Part shown: positions 62,877 to 64,000 of the stretch, piece after piece
How the letters are laid out: each line of letters opens with the position of its first letter
Numbering within the stretch: position 1 is the first letter of the stretch
Source: Octopus vulgaris
Lineage: Eukaryota
NCBI GenBank assembly: GCA_951406725.2
Contig: OX597820.1
Span: 44,826,001 to 44,890,000 of the forward strand
Reading direction: 5' to 3'
DNA length: 64,000 nucleotides
The notes under the pieces: generated by a model
Told to the model about the DNA's origin: nothing
Databases searched by the model: none
What the model saw: only the letters and a program-made list of their open reading frames with translations
Translations under genes and position numbers: made by a program

Positions 62877-63065
62877 ATACAACGGGCTTCTTTCAGTTTC
62901 TGTGTACCAAATTTACTCACAAGGCTTAGTAAAAGACACTCGCCCAAGGCTATAGTAAAGGACACTTGCCCAAGGCTATAGTAAAAGACACTTGCATCAA
63001 GGTGCCACACAGTGGAATTGAAGCTGGAGTCATGCGGTTGGGAAGCAAGCTTCTTACCACACAGC
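62650..63065 (-). mobile_element. Family A SINE with a 26-bp internal triplication (62920-63002)
   Basis: CAAGGCTATAGTAAAAGACACTTGCC-like unit repeated three times. Confidence 0.85.
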
Positions 63066-64000
63066 CAGATATGCCCCTAACAGATTTTACTTTAAAAACT
63101 TATCTGCCAGCCAATGTTTTCCTCCAGTAGTTGAACAGAAGAATGTTCTGGTAAACTGTACACTAAGGAAAAAAATATCATTAGCAATTCTATGAATGGA
63201 ATTCAGTTGGGTATTGTGAAATGCTGCTATATGTCATTAAATATTCAAAACTACAGAACCAAAGTGAATAACAAAATAAAGTTCACAGAAATGACAGACA
63301 CCACCACATGATAACAATACTAAGATGAGACAGGGGAGCATCTACTTGTTCACTCAGACAGCTAGAAATAGCAGCTAAATCTCCCATAACATTTTATCTA
63401 CCATGGAAGTCACTGGTGATTCTCCATGCTATATTCTTATTATGGTACAAAATGTGTCATAATTGGTAGACAAAGTGTTAAAACACGCCTTATCATCTTA
63501 GAAATGGAAGGACATGTTGGTTAATATAGTTCAAGATATGCTATGTTTGAAATGTAAACAGGATTATTACTGAATGCCATTGACATTTGCTCAAACAGAG
63601 CTGACCTGGAGCTGTACAACAACAATACGAAAATTATTTTTCAAAACAAAAAAAGAAAAAACTATACAAAGGTGCAGACATGACTGTGTGGTAAGAAGCT
63701 TATTTCCCAACCACATAATTCCGGGTTCAGTCCCACTGTGTGACACCTTAGGCAAGTGTCTTCTACTATAACCTTGGGTCAACCAAAGCCTTGTAAGTGG
63801 ATTTGGTAGACGGAAACTGAAAGAAGCCCATCGTATATTATATACAGGGTGCGGCAGAAATACCTCCCACATTGTAAACTTTCACCTATGTGTTGCTAAT
63901 GAACTTATGCAAGTGCCAATGATGTTTTCATTTAGCTAATGAACAAAAACTGTAACCCTTTGTTTAAACAACAGTAAAATGAAATTATTGTGTATGAATT

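Overview
AT-rich, repeat-dominated animal DNA, probably intronic or intergenic. The SINE/MITE repertoire and the density of TA/CA/GA/GATA microsatellites suggest an octopus (coleoid cephalopod) genome; this is an inference from recalled repeat families, not a search result. No intact host protein-coding gene could be identified, and most ORFs in the track are microsatellite or SINE read-through. Supported content: several tRNA-headed SINE families (labelled A-D here), CR1-type and RTE LINE 3' fragments, a decayed Penelope-like (GIY-YIG) element, an internally deleted Gypsy LTR element with both LTRs, a solo LTR, a mariner transposase pseudogene, piggyBac-, hAT- and Merlin-like MITEs, fold-back elements and a truncated tRNA-Asp copy. 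The most notable observations are: (1) two sister LTRs 1.4 kb apart with strongly asymmetric CpG decay, at the edge of a CpG-retaining, promoter-like domain (~16.2-18.5 kb); (2) a tRNA-Asp/retro-tail chimera that looks like a proto-SINE; (3) a SINE whose middle is replaced by a copy of nearby DNA; (4) minimal hammerhead-like motifs in Penelope-type repeats; (5) an isolated pre-miRNA-sized hairpin. All comparisons were made by eye and boundaries of old repeats are approximate. No CRISPR array is present.
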